A stretch of 60,369 bases of DNA. Origin: Malacoraja senta. Its lineage: Eukaryota. A program made the translations under genes and the position numbers. Where the stretch lies: positions 1-60,369 of the forward strand of contig JAXLNO010000044.1 of the NCBI GenBank assembly GCA_038087875.1, in the 5' to 3' direction. Under the pieces are notes generated by a model. The model saw only the letters and a list, made by a program, of their open reading frames with translations. It searched no databases and was not told the DNA's origin. Of the stretch, positions 39,086 to 53,050 are shown one piece after another; the first letter of the stretch is position 1; every line of letters starts with the position of its first letter.

Positions 39086-39739
39086 TTTGATTCACTTGGG
39101 GTGGCCTGCAGGAGGAAAAAAAGCATTAAACATTCATTTTAGGTCTCAGCTTCATTGAGCAATCGGCACACCTCTTTCAAAATGTTCGACAGTCACCAGT
39201 ATTGACTTAGCACAGTTCCTGACAAAGGCACAACCAAGCTACTTGACCACCTATGGTAATCTCATACAGTAGTGGTGCTGCATTGGTATGCATTCATGTG
39301 AGAGTGGCTCCTTGGAATTAAACTTTGACTTCATGATGTCTCACAGCATGAAAAGAAACACAAGCAAGTTTACCACCTCCATCCGCTGATAAATCTGTTT
39401 CTCTATGTTGAAAACAATTGGAAGGACTGTTGAGAGTATCAAGCAATTAGAATGTAATCTAAGTGGAGAACTTTAATTTCCTTCCCCGAGATAGACTTAG
39501 CAGAAGCACCATTGTTCTTGACTACCAGTCAGGGTTCTCACCAATCTCCCCAATCTACTTTGTGATATTAGTAGATTATCTACTAATCTAGATAGTAGAT
39601 TATCCAGATTCATCACATCTAATGTTATGAATCTAGATAATAACATTATCTAGATAACATTATCTAGATTATGCCCAGCTTCTGCTTACTTGAAAATGCC
39701 ATGTGGACCACCAAAGTGTTCTTTTCATGCCAAATAGAA

Positions 39740-40240
39740 CAGATTTGGTCATTCGAGCGCTCAAGAATGAAGGAGACTGCAGAAAGTGGTGGACATTGGC
39801 CGGTCCATCGGGGATACTGATTTCTAAAGAAGCGCTGCCACAAGAAAGCAGATAATATTATCAAAGACCCATACCACCCTAACCACATTTTCTTCTCGCT
39901 GCTATTATCGAGACAAAGGAACAGGAGCATGAGAACCATTATCTCCAGGTTCAAGAACAGGTTATTCTATCAGTTGTCAGGGTCGTGAACCATTTTGCAC
40001 AATTGTAACCACAACTCTACTTCAGCACCAAATTACTATGGATTTAGCACTACTATGGTTGTCCTACTAACTTTGGTTTTTGCACTATTGTGGTCTGGTT
40101 GACCAAGAATACTGATCATTTATTGTACATTTATGTTGTTGTTCTTGTGTCTAATGTGACTGTAAAGCAGCAGCAAGTACAAATTTCATTGTTCCATTTC
40201 ACATCCTATATATCCTATATACTAGCAAATAGACTCTCTT
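39740..40240 (+). mobile_element. Rex1/Babar-like LINE 3' fragment
   Basis: RRLQKVV...RCHKKADNIIKDPYHPNH...RFKNR remnant. Confidence 0.6.
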
Positions 40241-41459
40241 GAGGTTTATGACAGACCTAGCTGCTCAAAACTGGACATCTCTTGAGCCTAATAGGTCATC
40301 AGCAGAATTGTGTTCCATTATTTGTTTACAAACTCATAATTCAACCTGTCCCATTCTGCTATTACCATCATGCCAGGGCCCAATACTGGTTCAATCAGTT
40401 TTGGACAGCAGATTAAATAGCATCTTGCACATTAAAAGCGAAGCTTGAACTAAACATCATAAGGAGCATTCTATTGACAGAGCTAAGGATCACAACAGCC
40501 ATTGGATCAGATGAAACCGTTGCAGTCCTACCAATCATGAAGTGGACAATTAAACAGCAAAGAGGAAGAGGCCCCAGGAACCACCATTCTCAGTAATGGC
40601 AGAGCTCAGAATGTAAGTGAATAAAGCAGATTAAGGTATTTGCAATCATAAGCCAGAAACAGCTAGTGTTTAATGGGTCACTGTGAATGGTATGGCCCAT
40701 TGTCTACACCCTTCACACTTTTCTCTATGGCTTAACTTTTGCAACTCAACATTGACACCTCGCCACTGTCAAAGGCCTTTAAACTGTTTTTAAAATTGCG
40801 TGATAATCAGACATTTAAAATCAGTCCAACTAAGTGTGAATAATGATATTTATTAAAAATAAAGTTTAGTTAAATACATGACTAGCAATTAATTAAAAAC
40901 ATGAAAATAAGGTAAAATAAAGAAAACAAATAAACCACTTATTTGCACTTGCCTTTCTAACCTCAATCATTCCACTCAAGAGACTCTTAATATTTGTTTT
41001 TTTAATTTTGGACTTAAAGGGTACAGGATGGTGCCTTAAATGTGGTAATTCTTGTGTACTGACTCAGCATCTTCTGCCATCTTACACTCTTACACTGTCA
41101 CTGAACTGTGTGCAGAGAAAGGAATTTTATTGTACTTAAGGTAAACATGATAACAAAGACGTGATATTGAACCAAAGTCATGTTTCAGTGTAAAATCATG
41201 CCTGACAACACTCCTATGGAGGCACATTTTTGTAATGTTCAAAATACTAAATGAAGGCAGAATGTATTCTTTTTAAATCAAGTACTATTTTTTCCATTTC
41301 TGAAACATAAGAATGAAGAAATATCAAGGCTCACTCTCTCTGATATAGACCAATTATGAAAGTGAAATAAAATCAGAGGATGCTGTAAACATTCAGCAGG
41401 TCAGGTAGCATTAGCATTTCAGGTTTTCAGGATTTTAATGAAATTATATTTTCTCCTTT

Positions 41460-41690
41460 TAGTTATTAGTTTTGTAGATACAGCATAGAAACAGGCCCAC
41501 CGAATCAACGCCAACCAACAATCACCCATACGCTAGTTCTATCCAGCACACTAGGGACAAAATACAGAGGCCAATTAACCTACAAACCTGTACGTCTTTG
41601 AAGTGTGGGATGAAACCGAAGCAAATGGAGAAAACCCACGCAGTCACAGGGAGAACGTACAAACTCCGTACAGACAGCAGCCATAGTCAG
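41460..41690 (-). mobile_element. HE1-like SINE
   Basis: Reverse homologue of 5225-5517. Confidence 0.75.
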
Positions 41691-42140
41691 GTTCAAACAT
41701 TTTAACTCCCTTCCCTTTCCCATACTGACATTTCTATACAGGACCTCCTTCACTGTCAGAATGGGGCCACACTCAAATTGGAGGAACAGCACCTCATATT
41801 TTGCTTGGGCAGCTTACAACCCAGTGGTATGAATATTGATTTCTCTAATTTCAAGTAACCCTTGCATGCCCTTTCTCTCTGTCTCTCCTCTACCCCACTC
41901 ATCCTGCTGGATTCACTGTTTGTATCCCTTGTTATCATCTCCACAGCCAAGAGTGGATCATTGTGGGCTCCTTGGCTATTGGTGCCGGCTCTGATTTGTT
42001 CTGTACCTTTTCACACCTCTAGTTTCCCTCTCCCCTGACTCTCAGTCTGAAGAAGGGTTCAACTCAAAACATTACCTATTCCTTTTCTCTGGAGATGCTG
42101 CCTGACCCGCTGAGTTACTACAGCATTTTGTGTCTATCAA
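41690..42140 (+). mobile_element. Penelope-like element 3' part
   Basis: LLHCQNGATLKLEEQHLIFCLGSLQPSGMNIDFSNFK*, pyrimidine-rich UTR, CTGAAGAAGGG terminus. Confidence 0.8.
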
Positions 42141-43299
42141 AAGTGAATAAAACATGGAGCTTCCAAAACAAAACTACAGATATGTAACAAATAAAATAGT
42201 GAGCATTCTATGGGTGGGGGAATGATGGAACAAATAAAAAAATCTGGCTTCTACAGATAATACATGTAGTGGCCATTTGGCTTATTTTGTGTGTCATTAA
42301 TTATGACATTTGTCTTTAAATTTTAGTCTGCCCGTAATTATGTGGGTGGGATTTATTACGTAGTCAAGGGCGTGTTTGGTGCTGGGTTTCTTGCGCAGTA
42401 GCTTAATTTTTAGTTTAGCTCGGAGCTACATGGTCGAAGGAACACCCTTCGACCATGTAGAGTTTTGCCGAGACACGAGGAGTTTTCTAACGTTTAAATT
42501 CGATATACTGGAGTTTGATGAAGATTAAAGTGTATGAGTCAGAGAAGAAGGTTGGATGAATATCTTATTGTTTTTCTTCAACAATAAAGAAACTATTAAT
42601 TAAAAGACTGTGTTATGAAGATTTATCTGTTAAGAAGCTCTGAAAGTCTCACGAGCTCACATGTGTATTACGACATTCTCCTAAAGCCATCTAGTCTCAT
42701 AAATGGCTTGAGGGAGTAATCTCTTGAACGATATAAAAATCTGCCACAATACATATATAGAATAAATCAAACCACAAGATTTCTTTAGCTAATTCTCAGA
42801 GCTCGGATGTATAAACATCAAGCATCCTGTAACTAAAATACAGATATTAAACAAATAAAAAAACTGACTTTTTTTAAGCTGAAACACATTTGAAAGGAAA
42901 TTGAGCCTACTTTAAATGAAAGTAATGTAGAAAAATAAGTCATTTTACTTTCCGTAGCTGAGGCAGAATATAGAATAATAAAAACGTTCTCCAATCATAT
43001 GTTCTCATGTACAGGCAGATGAATTTCATTTCCACTGCAAACAAAATTCTGAACCTCACAACTGAGACAGAAATGAAACAATACATTGCATTTCTTTGTC
43101 GGGGTCAGGTCGGGGGGAATTCCCACCGCCACGGGTACCATGTAATCCGTGCTACCTGCTCCATGGTCGGATAGTCGGCGACTAAACCGTCTCCCCCACC
43201 TGGTTTGCCAGGTGAGGAAGGGGCTGTGGACCCCGAGCAGGTGTAAAATAAATAAAGCAATAAACTTTGTAAAAATGTGACAGGTTAATACCACACCCT

Positions 43300-43606
43300 T
43301 TTCCCGGGGTAGGATGATCAACAACTAGAGGTCATAGATTTAAAGGGAAAGATTTCATAGGAACTTGAAGGTAATTTTTTCACAGAGAGGGTGGTGGGTA
43401 TACAGGATTCGCTGCCAGAGGAAGCAGTTGAGGCAAGTACAATACCAACATTTAAAAGACATATGGACAGGTGCATGATTAGGAAACGTTTAAAGGGATA
43501 TGGGCCAAAGGCAGGTAAGTGGGGCTAGCTTATATGGGGCATCTTGGTCCGCATAGACCAGTTAGGTCGAAGGGCTTTATTCAGTGCTGTATGACTCTAT
43601 GACTCT
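43300..43606 (+). mobile_element. CR1 3' fragment
   Basis: TRGHRF...FTERVVG remnant; ATGACTCTATGACTCT tail. Confidence 0.8.
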
Positions 43607-44740
43607 CTGAGATATTAAACATATAGAACACTAGATAGAATGAAGTGCACAGATGGAGAAAAATCGAATAATAATCCTTCAAATGTTACATATATGGTGA
43701 ATAAAACATTGTTGATATAGTCAAAATATTTAAATAAAGTAAATATGACCCAGAGCGTTCAAGAATTTAAAACTGATATTCAATGTATAAAGCTTACCTT
43801 TCTATATCCGATGTAAATCCAAGAATAGTCTGATGTTTCCAAATCTGAAACACAAATACAGGTACAATAAAACTACTATCCATGACTTACGGAAGGAATG
43901 ATGCAAATAAATAACAACATAGAGATTTTTGATGTGACAAATAATAGAAAGAAAAGTGAAGAAAGACCAGCCTGTATAAAACATCTTTCGTGACTTTAGG
44001 ATATTCCTTGTGCTTCTTATTAGTGAAGTACTGTACATTTCGGTATCTAGATTTACTCCCTTAGTCTTGTTTGGTCAAAGTCTAAGTCAAACTCTGGTTC
44101 CAAAACCTTACTTTATTGAAGAACAAACTGAAGGGACGGTTGCTGATCCACCCACGCAAGACAACAATATCTCGTGCAAACAGAACAGAAGTCACATTCA
44201 ACCGACACACCCCAAAGAATTACACACCCTCTTATACCCCTCCAAACTAAGGATGTGACATTACATGGGGGAGGCAACCCCTACAAACCAATCACATATA
44301 TTAATTATAACAGTACATAATTGACAGTTCCCTAACCCAATAATATAATCTTATATACATTGTATTTGAAAGAAACTTCTAAAAGGAAGCAAACATAGCA
44401 ACATGTGCCCTGAGATTCAGACAGTTCCTCCAAGGATCAACAGTTCGACCAATCATCAATTAGCAAAGTAAAGCTTTGCAACCATATATTTACAATGTAT
44501 ATGTCTGGTTTGCATTCACCGAATCCGTTTCATGCAATTGACACCTAATTGTACGAATCTACAGATGTCCCATTCTTTCCCTGCAACTTTTATCTGGGCT
44601 CAAGACAAGCTGGCACCATTCTGCAGCTTGTCCCATTTCTGCAGAAGGCACATTTAAATTGACCAAATGGCCCAGCAGCCCAGAGGCCTTTACTCAATTT
44701 TAGTGTCCTGGCATCTACAATTTGGCCAGAATTAACAGTA

Positions 44741-46520
44741 CATAGATACATAGATACATAGAAAATAGGTGCAGGAGTAGGCCATTCGGCCCTTCGAGCC
44801 TGCACCGCCATTCAATATGATCATGGCTGATCATCCAACTCAGTATCCCGTACCTGCATTCTCTCCATACCCCCTGATCCCTTTAGCCACAAGGGCCACA
44901 TCTAACTCCCTCTTAAATATAGCCAATGAACTGGCCTCAACTACCCTCTGTGGCAGAGAGTTCCAGAGATTCACCACTCTCTGTGTGAAAAAGTTTTTCC
45001 TCATCTCGGTCTTAAAGGATTTCCACCTTATCCTTAAGCTGTGACCCCTTGTCCTGGACTTCCCCAACATCGGGAACAATCTTCCTGCATCTAGCCTGTC
45101 CAACCCCATAAGAATTTTGTACGTTTCTATAAGATCCCCTCTCAATCTCCTAAATTCTAGCGAGTATAAGCCAAGTCTATCCAGTCTTTCTTCATATGAA
45201 AGTCCTGACATCCCAGGAATCAGTCTGGTGAACCTTCTCTGCACTCCCTCTATGGCTATAATGTCCTTCCTCAGATTTGGAGACCAAAACTGTACGCAAT
45301 ACTCCAGGTGTGGTCTCACCAAGACCCTGTACAACTGCAGTAGAACCTCCCTGCTCCTATACTCAAATCCTTTTGCTATGAAAGCTAACATACCATTCGC
45401 TTTCTTCACTGCCTGCTGCACCTGCATGCCTACTTTCACAATGACTGGTGTACCATGACACCCAGGTCTCGCTGCATCTCCCCATTTCCTAATCGGCCAC
45501 CATTTAGATAATAGTCTGCTTTCCTGTTTTTGCCACCAAAGTGGATAACCTCACATTTATCCACATTATACTGCATCTGCCACACATTTGCCCACTCACC
45601 CAGCCTATCCAAGTCACCTTGCAGTCTCCTAGCATCCTCCTCACAGCTAACACTGCCCCCCAGCTTAGTGTCATCCGCAAACTTGGAGATGTTGCCTTCA
45701 ATTCCCTCGTCCAGATCATTAATATATATTGTAAATAGCTGAGGTCCCAGCACTGAGCCTTGCGGTACCCCAGCCAGTTCTCTATCCACATCAATACTGA
45801 ACCCCCAATACCGTGTGCTTTAAGTTTGTATATTAATCTCTTATGTGGGACCTTGTCGAAAGCCTTCTGAAAGTCCTAAAATAACACATCCACTGGTTCT
45901 CCCCTATCCACTCTACTAGTTACATCCTCGAAAAATTCTATAAGATTCGTCAGACACGATTTACCTTTCGTAAATCCATGCTGACTTTGTACAATGATAT
46001 CACCACTTACCAAATGTGCTGCTATCCCATCTTTAATAACTGACTCTAGCAGTTTCCCCACTACCGATGTTAGACTAACTGGTCTGTAATTCCCCGTTTT
46101 CTCTCTCCCTTCTTAAAAAGTGGGGTTACGTTTGCTACCCTCCAATCCTCAGGAACTACTCCAGAATCTAAAGAGTTTTGAAAAATTATCACTAATGCAT
46201 CCACTATTTCTGGAGCTACTTCCTTAAGTACTCTGGGATGCAGCCTATCTGGCCCTGGTGATTTATCGGCCTTTAATCCATTCAATTTACCCAACACCAC
46301 TTCCCAACTAACCTGGATTTCACTCAGTTCCTCCATCTCCTTTGACCCGCGGCCCCCTGCTATTTCCGGCAGATTATTTATGTCTTCCTTAGTGAAGACG
46401 GAACCAAAGTAGTTATTCAATTGGTCCGCCATATCCTTGTTCCCCATGATCAATTCACCTGTCTCTGACTGCAAGGGACCTACATTTGTTTTAACTAATC
46501 TCTTTCTCTTCACATACCTT
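44741..46520 (-). mobile_element. CR1 LINE, 5'-truncated, disrupted RT
   Basis: [36 protein letters not shown]; (TCTATGTA)n tail. Confidence 0.95.
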
Positions 46521-47389
46521 TGAAGAGTCTCCACAGTTGTACAAGGCAGGTGTTTTGTCCACAGTGGTTCCACAAAGAGCAATAGAATAATGATCGGATA
46601 ACTAATGCAACAGAAATTCTGAATCTACTGGGCTTTTTGGAAACACAGTAGTACCATGAAATACTTAACGCCAGCTGTGGGAGCAGTCAAGGCTTCAATT
46701 TTATATCTCATTTGAAAAATGGTGTCTCAGATAGAGCAGAGCCCTCTCAGTGCAGCACTATAGTGTCAGCCTAGGCTTTTATGACAAAGTCTCAGGAGTC
46801 GAACATGAATGCAAAATGTTGTCTCAGAAATTGCAGTGCTTCGGTCAAGATTGGCAAGATTAAATCTAATATCCAGGTTTTAATAACTGCAATATAGATA
46901 TAGAATAAATAAAGCACTGATCTGGAACGCAGATATGAAGAATACATTAAGCTCTCTAGAATGAGAATTGACATCAAATGATAAGAGATACGGGCATTCA
47001 AGCTGAAACTTGCACGGAACAATTGAAACACTGGCCTGGATCATGAAGTTGTACTGATGAAGATTTATTACCGTTCTCTGTTATTACACAATGGAAATCA
47101 GGATGTCAGTGCACGATTTACTGTGGAATTCCTAACACCGTTACTGGTGATTAAGTATGTTTCCACAACACATGCTGTTTTATACCCTTCTCAACTTGAA
47201 TTAACCAAAATCAATTGTTGATGAAAACACAACTATTAACAAATGTTCAATACCCTAAAAATGTCACACTTTTCTCAAGAGGTGTTTTTAATAGCAGAGT
47301 TTTATAAGATCGCAATGATTCCCATTTATGTTATAGCCAAATAAGAACACTTGGATAGCAGTCAGTCTTATTATTATCATTATTATAGT

Positions 47390-47695
47390 TTAATTTAGAG
47401 ATACAATATGGAAGCAGCTTGTCTGCCCATCGATTCCACAGATCATTGATCACCAGTTCACACCTAGTTCCATGTTATCCCACTTTCTCATCCGCTGCCT
47501 ATATGCTTGGGGCAATTTACAGCAGCCAATTAACCTACAAACCCACTTGTCTTAGGTGAGGAAATCAGAGCACCCGGAGGAAATTCAGGCAGTCACAGGG
47601 AGAACATGCAGACTCCACTCAGACAGCATCCAAGGTCAGGATCGAACCCAGGTCACGGGTGTGCAAGGGAACAGCTCTGCCAGTTGTGCCACTCT
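47390..47695 (-). mobile_element. HE1-like SINE
   Basis: Homology to other copies; B-box GGTTCGATCC on -. Confidence 0.75.
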
Positions 47696-47989
47696 GCGTG
47701 GTAGGGAAGTGCAGCAGGCAAGTGCTTAAGGATGAATATTAGTCAACGTATAATAACCTCCAGCTGTTTATTTGATTTAAAAAGGAGACAATCTCAACTT
47801 AGCATATTATTTAATAATGACTCCTCTGATAGTGTGGCATTCTTTGAGCATAGCATCTGGATGTTGTGCTCAATGAGGGTGCTGAGGATGTTGATGAGCA
47901 GAGGGAGCTTGGAGTTCAACTCCATTGTTTACTGAAAGTGAAAATACAAGTAGACACGATGGAGAACAAGTATGCTGGATTTTATAGGT

Positions 47990-48460
47990 TGGGCACAGAA
48001 TATGTTGCAACTTTACAAAACACTGGCTAGACCTGCAATTGAAGTATTGTGTGCAGTTCTGATCACTACACTATAAGAAGGATGGAGTTGTGGTGGAGAG
48101 ATTTATCAGGATATTGCTTGGATTGGAGGTGAAAGATTGGTTAGGCTGAGATTGTTTTCCCTGTGGTGAAGAAAGCTGAGCGGTGACCTGATAGAAGTAT
48201 ATAAAATTATAAAAGGCATAGATAGGGTGGTAAGTGTATTTTAAAAAAGGGCATAGATTAAAAGCGAGAGGAAAGAGTTTTAAAGATTTTTTTTGTTTAT
48301 ACAGAGACTGCTGATATATGGAACTTCCTTCCAGAGCAGGTGATGGAATCGGGTACATTTGCAACGTTTAAGAGACATTGAAACAGGCACTTAAATAGGC
48401 AAGGCATTGAAGAATAAGAACAAAATGCAGGTAAATGGGATTAATGTAGATGGGTAAAAG
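47990..48460 (+). mobile_element. Degraded CR1 3' fragment
   Basis: LQLYKTLARP...YCVQF; LRGDLIEVYKI. Confidence 0.75.
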
Positions 48461-48469
48461 GTTTGGTGT

Positions 48470-48890
48470 TGGAAGGAACTACAGATGCTGGTTTAAGCCG
48501 AAGATAGACAAAAAAAAGCTGGAGTAACTCAGCGGGACAGGCAGCATCTCTGGAGAGAAGGAATGGGTGAGGTTTCGGGTCGAGACCCTTCTTCAGACTG
48601 GTTAGGGATCAGGGAAACAAGAGGTATAGACGATGATGTGGAGAGATAAAGAACAATGAATAAAAGATATGCAAAAAAGTAACGATGATAAAGGAAACAG
48701 GCCATTTTTAGCTGTTTGCAGGGTGAAAACGAGAAGCTGGTGCGACTTGGGTGGGGGAGGGATAGAGAGAGAGGGAATGCCGGGGCTACCTGAAAGAGAG
48801 ATATATCAATATTCATACCACTGGGCTGTTAGCTGCCCAAGTGAAATATGAGATGCTGTTCCTCCAATTTGCGTTTTGCCTCACCCTGAC
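48470..48890 (-). mobile_element. Penelope-like element 3' part
   Basis: RKLEEQHLIFHLGS*QPSGMNID; hammerhead-like terminus at 48569-48599. Confidence 0.8.
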
Positions 48891-49749
48891 GGAACTGGTT
48901 GGCCAAAAGTGGTACAACTCAATGACTCTATGGATCTCACCTTTGATCTTAATTATGCTCCACTTTTTTTTGGAAAATGAGAAGTAACAAGATATGGCAC
49001 AATAGATATTGTGCTAAAATTAAATATCTCAGGTTTCAGAAAATAAGTCGCACTGACTGAGGTTTGAGTCCTGTTTCATCATGTCCTAATATAGTGTTTC
49101 ATTGCAGGAGTCTGCCCTAATAGAGTGCAGTGTCTGGGAGTGCAGTATATATTTTACATTCTGAGTAACCTCCAACTGATCTAAACACAAGTTTCCATCA
49201 ATGCCTTTGCTACTTAATGCTTCTGTGAATCACTACACAATTCATTTAATGTTAGGGGCAATGCTAAATGTTCTGTTTGTTCTAAATACCACATGGGGAA
49301 AGACAGTGTTACCCCCAATGAAAGGGTAAAGCTGTGATGTGCCTGCCATACATTATTGGTAAACGTAATAGTTGCAGTCTATTAAAATAAAAAGACTTCC
49401 ATTCCTGAAGGACATTTCCAATAAGACTGTTGGCAGAAATCCAAATCGATGGAGCAAAGGCCATTCTCAGCAGTCCACAACATTTTAAATTGTTATTAGT
49501 TGACAACTGGATAGTTATTCAAGTAACTAATGTAGCAATATTAATAACTTCACCCTTAAAAACTGCTCCACTTGCTGTGTGCCATCTGTTTGCATGAGGC
49601 ACTGGATTCACTTGCAAAAATATGTTCCCTGTTGGGACCTTGCCATTTATTTTCCCTTGCTCCCCAAGCCATAATAACTGACGAGCTTCAATCAATAACA
49701 TTGGAGACTTGGGATCAATAGGATCCCTGGTGGATGTGTTATCTGTTCA

Positions 49750-51390
49750 GGCTCAGTTAGTAGTGCAATGCTTCTGAGTCAGAAGCCTATAGGTTTAAGT
49801 GCTACATTAATGACAAGCACACAGATGTATGCTTTGATGCAATATGGAGGAGCATTGTCATATTGGAGGGTACACAAAAATGCTGGAGAAACTCAGCGGG
49901 TGCAGCAGCATCTATGGAGCGAAGGAAATAGGCCACGTTTCGGGCCATACCCCTTCTTCAGACTGATAGGGGGTGGTCATATTGGAGGTGCTGGCTTGGG
50001 CTGAGACATTAAGCTGAGGCTCCATCCACACTGTCAAGCAGATATAAATAATCCCACAACATTGTCTATGGCAGGTCATGTCTTACAAACTTGATTTTTT
50101 TGAAGAGGTGATTGATGAGGGTAGGACAGTGAATGTTGTCTACTTGGACTTTAGTAAGGCATTTGACAAGGTCCCTCATGATAGTCTGATCCAGAAGATT
50201 AAGATGCATGGGATCCATGGAGATGTGGTAGTTTGGGATCAGAACGGGCTTCTCCAAAGTAGACAGAAGGTAGAGGTGAAAGGGTGTTATTTTGCTGGAG
50301 GTCTGTGACCATTTGTGAAGGGATGAGTCCTGATATATAAAAATTATATATAAAAAGTTCATGATATATAAAAATGTCATGGATAAAAGTGCAGATGCGT
50401 TGGTTAGTGGGCTTGGTGGAGATACAGAGAGTGAAGAAGGCTGTCAAAAGAATACAGCAGGATGTAGATCAGTTACAAATATGGATGGTAAAAAGGCAGA
50501 TGGAGTTTGATGCAAACAAGTGTAAGGTGTTGCACTTTGGGAGGTCAAATGTAAGAGGAAAGTGTACAGTTAAATGGCAGGACACTTAACATTGTTAATG
50601 TACAGAGGACTCTTGGGGTCCTGGTCACATTCGGAGTATTGTGTGCAATTATGATTGTCTCATTACAGGAAGAATATGAAAACATTAAAAGAGGGTGCTG
50701 AAGAGATTTACCAGGATGCTGTCTGGATTAGAGGGTGTTATATCAGTTATAAGGAGAGGTTGTACAAACTTACATTGTTTTCTCTGGAGCATCAGAGGCT
50801 GAGGGGGGGGGGGGCTGATAGAAATATGTAAAATTTAGAGAGTCATAAATAGGGTAGACAGCCAGAACCTTTCTCTTGGCGCAGAAATGTCAAACACTAG
50901 AGAACACAGCCTTAAGGTCAGAGGGGCAAAGCTTAAAGGAGATGTGTGGGGCAAGTCCTTTACATAGAGGTGATGGCTGCCCAGAACATACTGCAAGGGG
51001 TGGTGGTCGAGGCAGATACAATAGTGGCATTTATGAGGCTTTAGATAGGCACATGAATATGCAGGAAATGGAGGGACATGGATCAATTACTGGCATAAGG
51101 GAGTTGAGAGTCATTGTGTACCAAAGAGCCTGTTCCCGTGCCGTACTATTCTAAAGCATTATTTTGAAGAAGTGCAGGCAAATTATCCCAGATATCTCAG
51201 TCGATATTTATCTCAGTCACCATCATTACAAAGCAGATTATCTGGTCGATTATCTATTCACTGTTCATGGGAGCTTGCAGTGTACAAATTAGCTGAAGCA
51301 AATTACAGCTGTGTAATTACAGTAATTACTAACTGTAAAGTGCTTTACGAGGTCTGGAGGTAGTGAAATGCATCATAGGAATGCAAATCC
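49750..51390 (+). mobile_element. Ancient Deu-domain SINE (SacSINE1/AmnSINE-like) split by a Penelope fragment (49870-49975) and a CR1 (50066-51153)
   Basis: SINE head at 49750; Deu-like AGATTATCTGGTC...TGGGAGCTTGC...CTGTAAAGTGCTTT at 51235-51350; 13-bp TSD GTCATATTGGAGG around the Penelope piece. Confidence 0.6.
50066..51153 (+). mobile_element. Degraded CR1 RT/3' fragment
   Basis: VVYLDFSKAFDKVPH; KCKVLHFG. Confidence 0.85.
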
Positions 51391-51604
51391 ATATTTCTTC
51401 CATAATGCCATCCATCTGCCCAAACTCCACTCTATGGCATGCATTTTAGTTAAATCATAAAAGATTCACCTGGATTGATTTAGAGACAGTGTTTCCTCTG
51501 GCAGCATGATCAAAACAAGGAAGCATAATCTTAAAATTAGAAATTGGTTATTCAGGAATGGATAAGGATGCACTTTTTCACATAAAGTCAATCAGTTTTC
51601 AACT

Positions 51605-52030
51605 TGCTTAACTCAGCAGGACGGGCACCATCTCTGAAGATAAGAAATAGGTGATGTTTCGGGTCAAGACCCTTCTTCAGAATGAGAGTCAGGGGAAAGG
51701 GAAATGACAGATATAGATGGTGATATGGGACAATGAATGAAAGATCCACAAAAAGTAACGATGATCATGGAAGTCCACAATGTCCATTGTTGGATTTGCC
51801 TTCCCACGATCATCAATACTTTTTGCATATATTTCATTCATTTGTTCTATATCTCGCTATATCACCGTCTATATCCCTCATTTTCCTTTCCCTGACTCTC
51901 AGTCTGACGAAGGGTCTCAAACGAAACGTCACTTATTCCTTTTCTCCACAGAAGCTGCCTGACCCGCTGTTACTCCAGCATTTTGTGTCTATCTTTGGTT
52001 TAAACCAGCATCTACAGTTCCTTCCTACTC
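51605..52030. mobile_element. Inverted pair of Penelope 3' termini
   Basis: 51605-51770 (-) mirrors 51808-51975 (+). Confidence 0.75.
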
Positions 52031-52528
52031 ATTTTATCAATATATATGTATCTTTCTGTAAGTAAAATATCCATCAACCTGTAGTTCAAATACTTCAAAA
52101 CAAACCAAATCATGGCAATTTGTTGAAATGTTAATTGCACGAACGAGGGTCACAAAAGGAAAGAATACTGTGGTTCCTGGTCTTTGTTTTTCGCTTCTGA
52201 AACTACTGTACATCTGAATCTCTCGTTCTTATGCTCACCGCCTGCAACTTCATCCTCAGTTCCTTTATCATAGAAATCCAATAATTCCGACCAATACTCA
52301 CGTAAAAATATCTATCATTCTGAAGCTTCCAGCCATCAACTGATGACTTGCATCAACAGCCTTTGTGTGAAAAACGTCGATTTTTACTTGTACGACACAT
52401 ATGAAAACTAATTTGATTTACAGTAATTGCAGCTCTGGAATTACTTTTTCCTCGTCCTTTTGTTATTGTATTTCATATTGTTATCCAATTTTGATTAGTT
52501 AAACTTCATTGTGCATTCTATTTTTCAC

Positions 52529-52533
<5 letters not shown>

Positions 52534-52600
<67 letters not shown>
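52534..52600. repeat. (CT)n microsatellite
   Basis: Direct reading. Confidence 0.95.
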
Positions 52601-52603
<3 letters not shown>

Positions 52604-52884
52604 TTGCCTCACTGACTATCGCGGATGTCCCTGCGAAGTGTGTCATCCAAGGTGCACTATTCCACGAGCGCTGCCGCTGCGGGAAGGTTGAATGAAACGA
52701 AAGTCCATCCTAACACACATAAACAAGCACACACCCTCTCACACGTACAGAACATCGCAACCAGCTCTGAGGCTCCCAGTCCACAAAGCAGACGATGCCT
52801 CCACACGCACATTCAGAATTCTGGGCGCACTCTAAAGCACATAATACATATCCATACACACACACACTGGAGCCCCACGTTGAA

Positions 52885-53050
52885 CATAAAGTGCTGGAGT
52901 AATTTAGTGGGTCAGGCAGCAACTCCGGAGAACTTGGTTAGGCGACGTTTCGGGTCGGGACCCTTCTTCATACCCCTGTCAGAGATGCTGCCTGAGCCGC
53001 TGAGTTGCTCCAGCAGGTTGTGTTCCGCGCAGGATTGCAGCATCTGTAGT
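52885..53050. mobile_element. Penelope-terminus fold-back element
   Basis: TGCTGGAGTAATTTAGTGGGTCAGGCAGCA / TGCTGCCTGAGCCGCTGAGTTGCTCCAGCA arms. Confidence 0.65.

Noticed and set aside
40021..40029. REST/NRSE left half-site TTCAGCACC in the PNOC intron
   Set aside because: No right half-site; lies in a LINE tail
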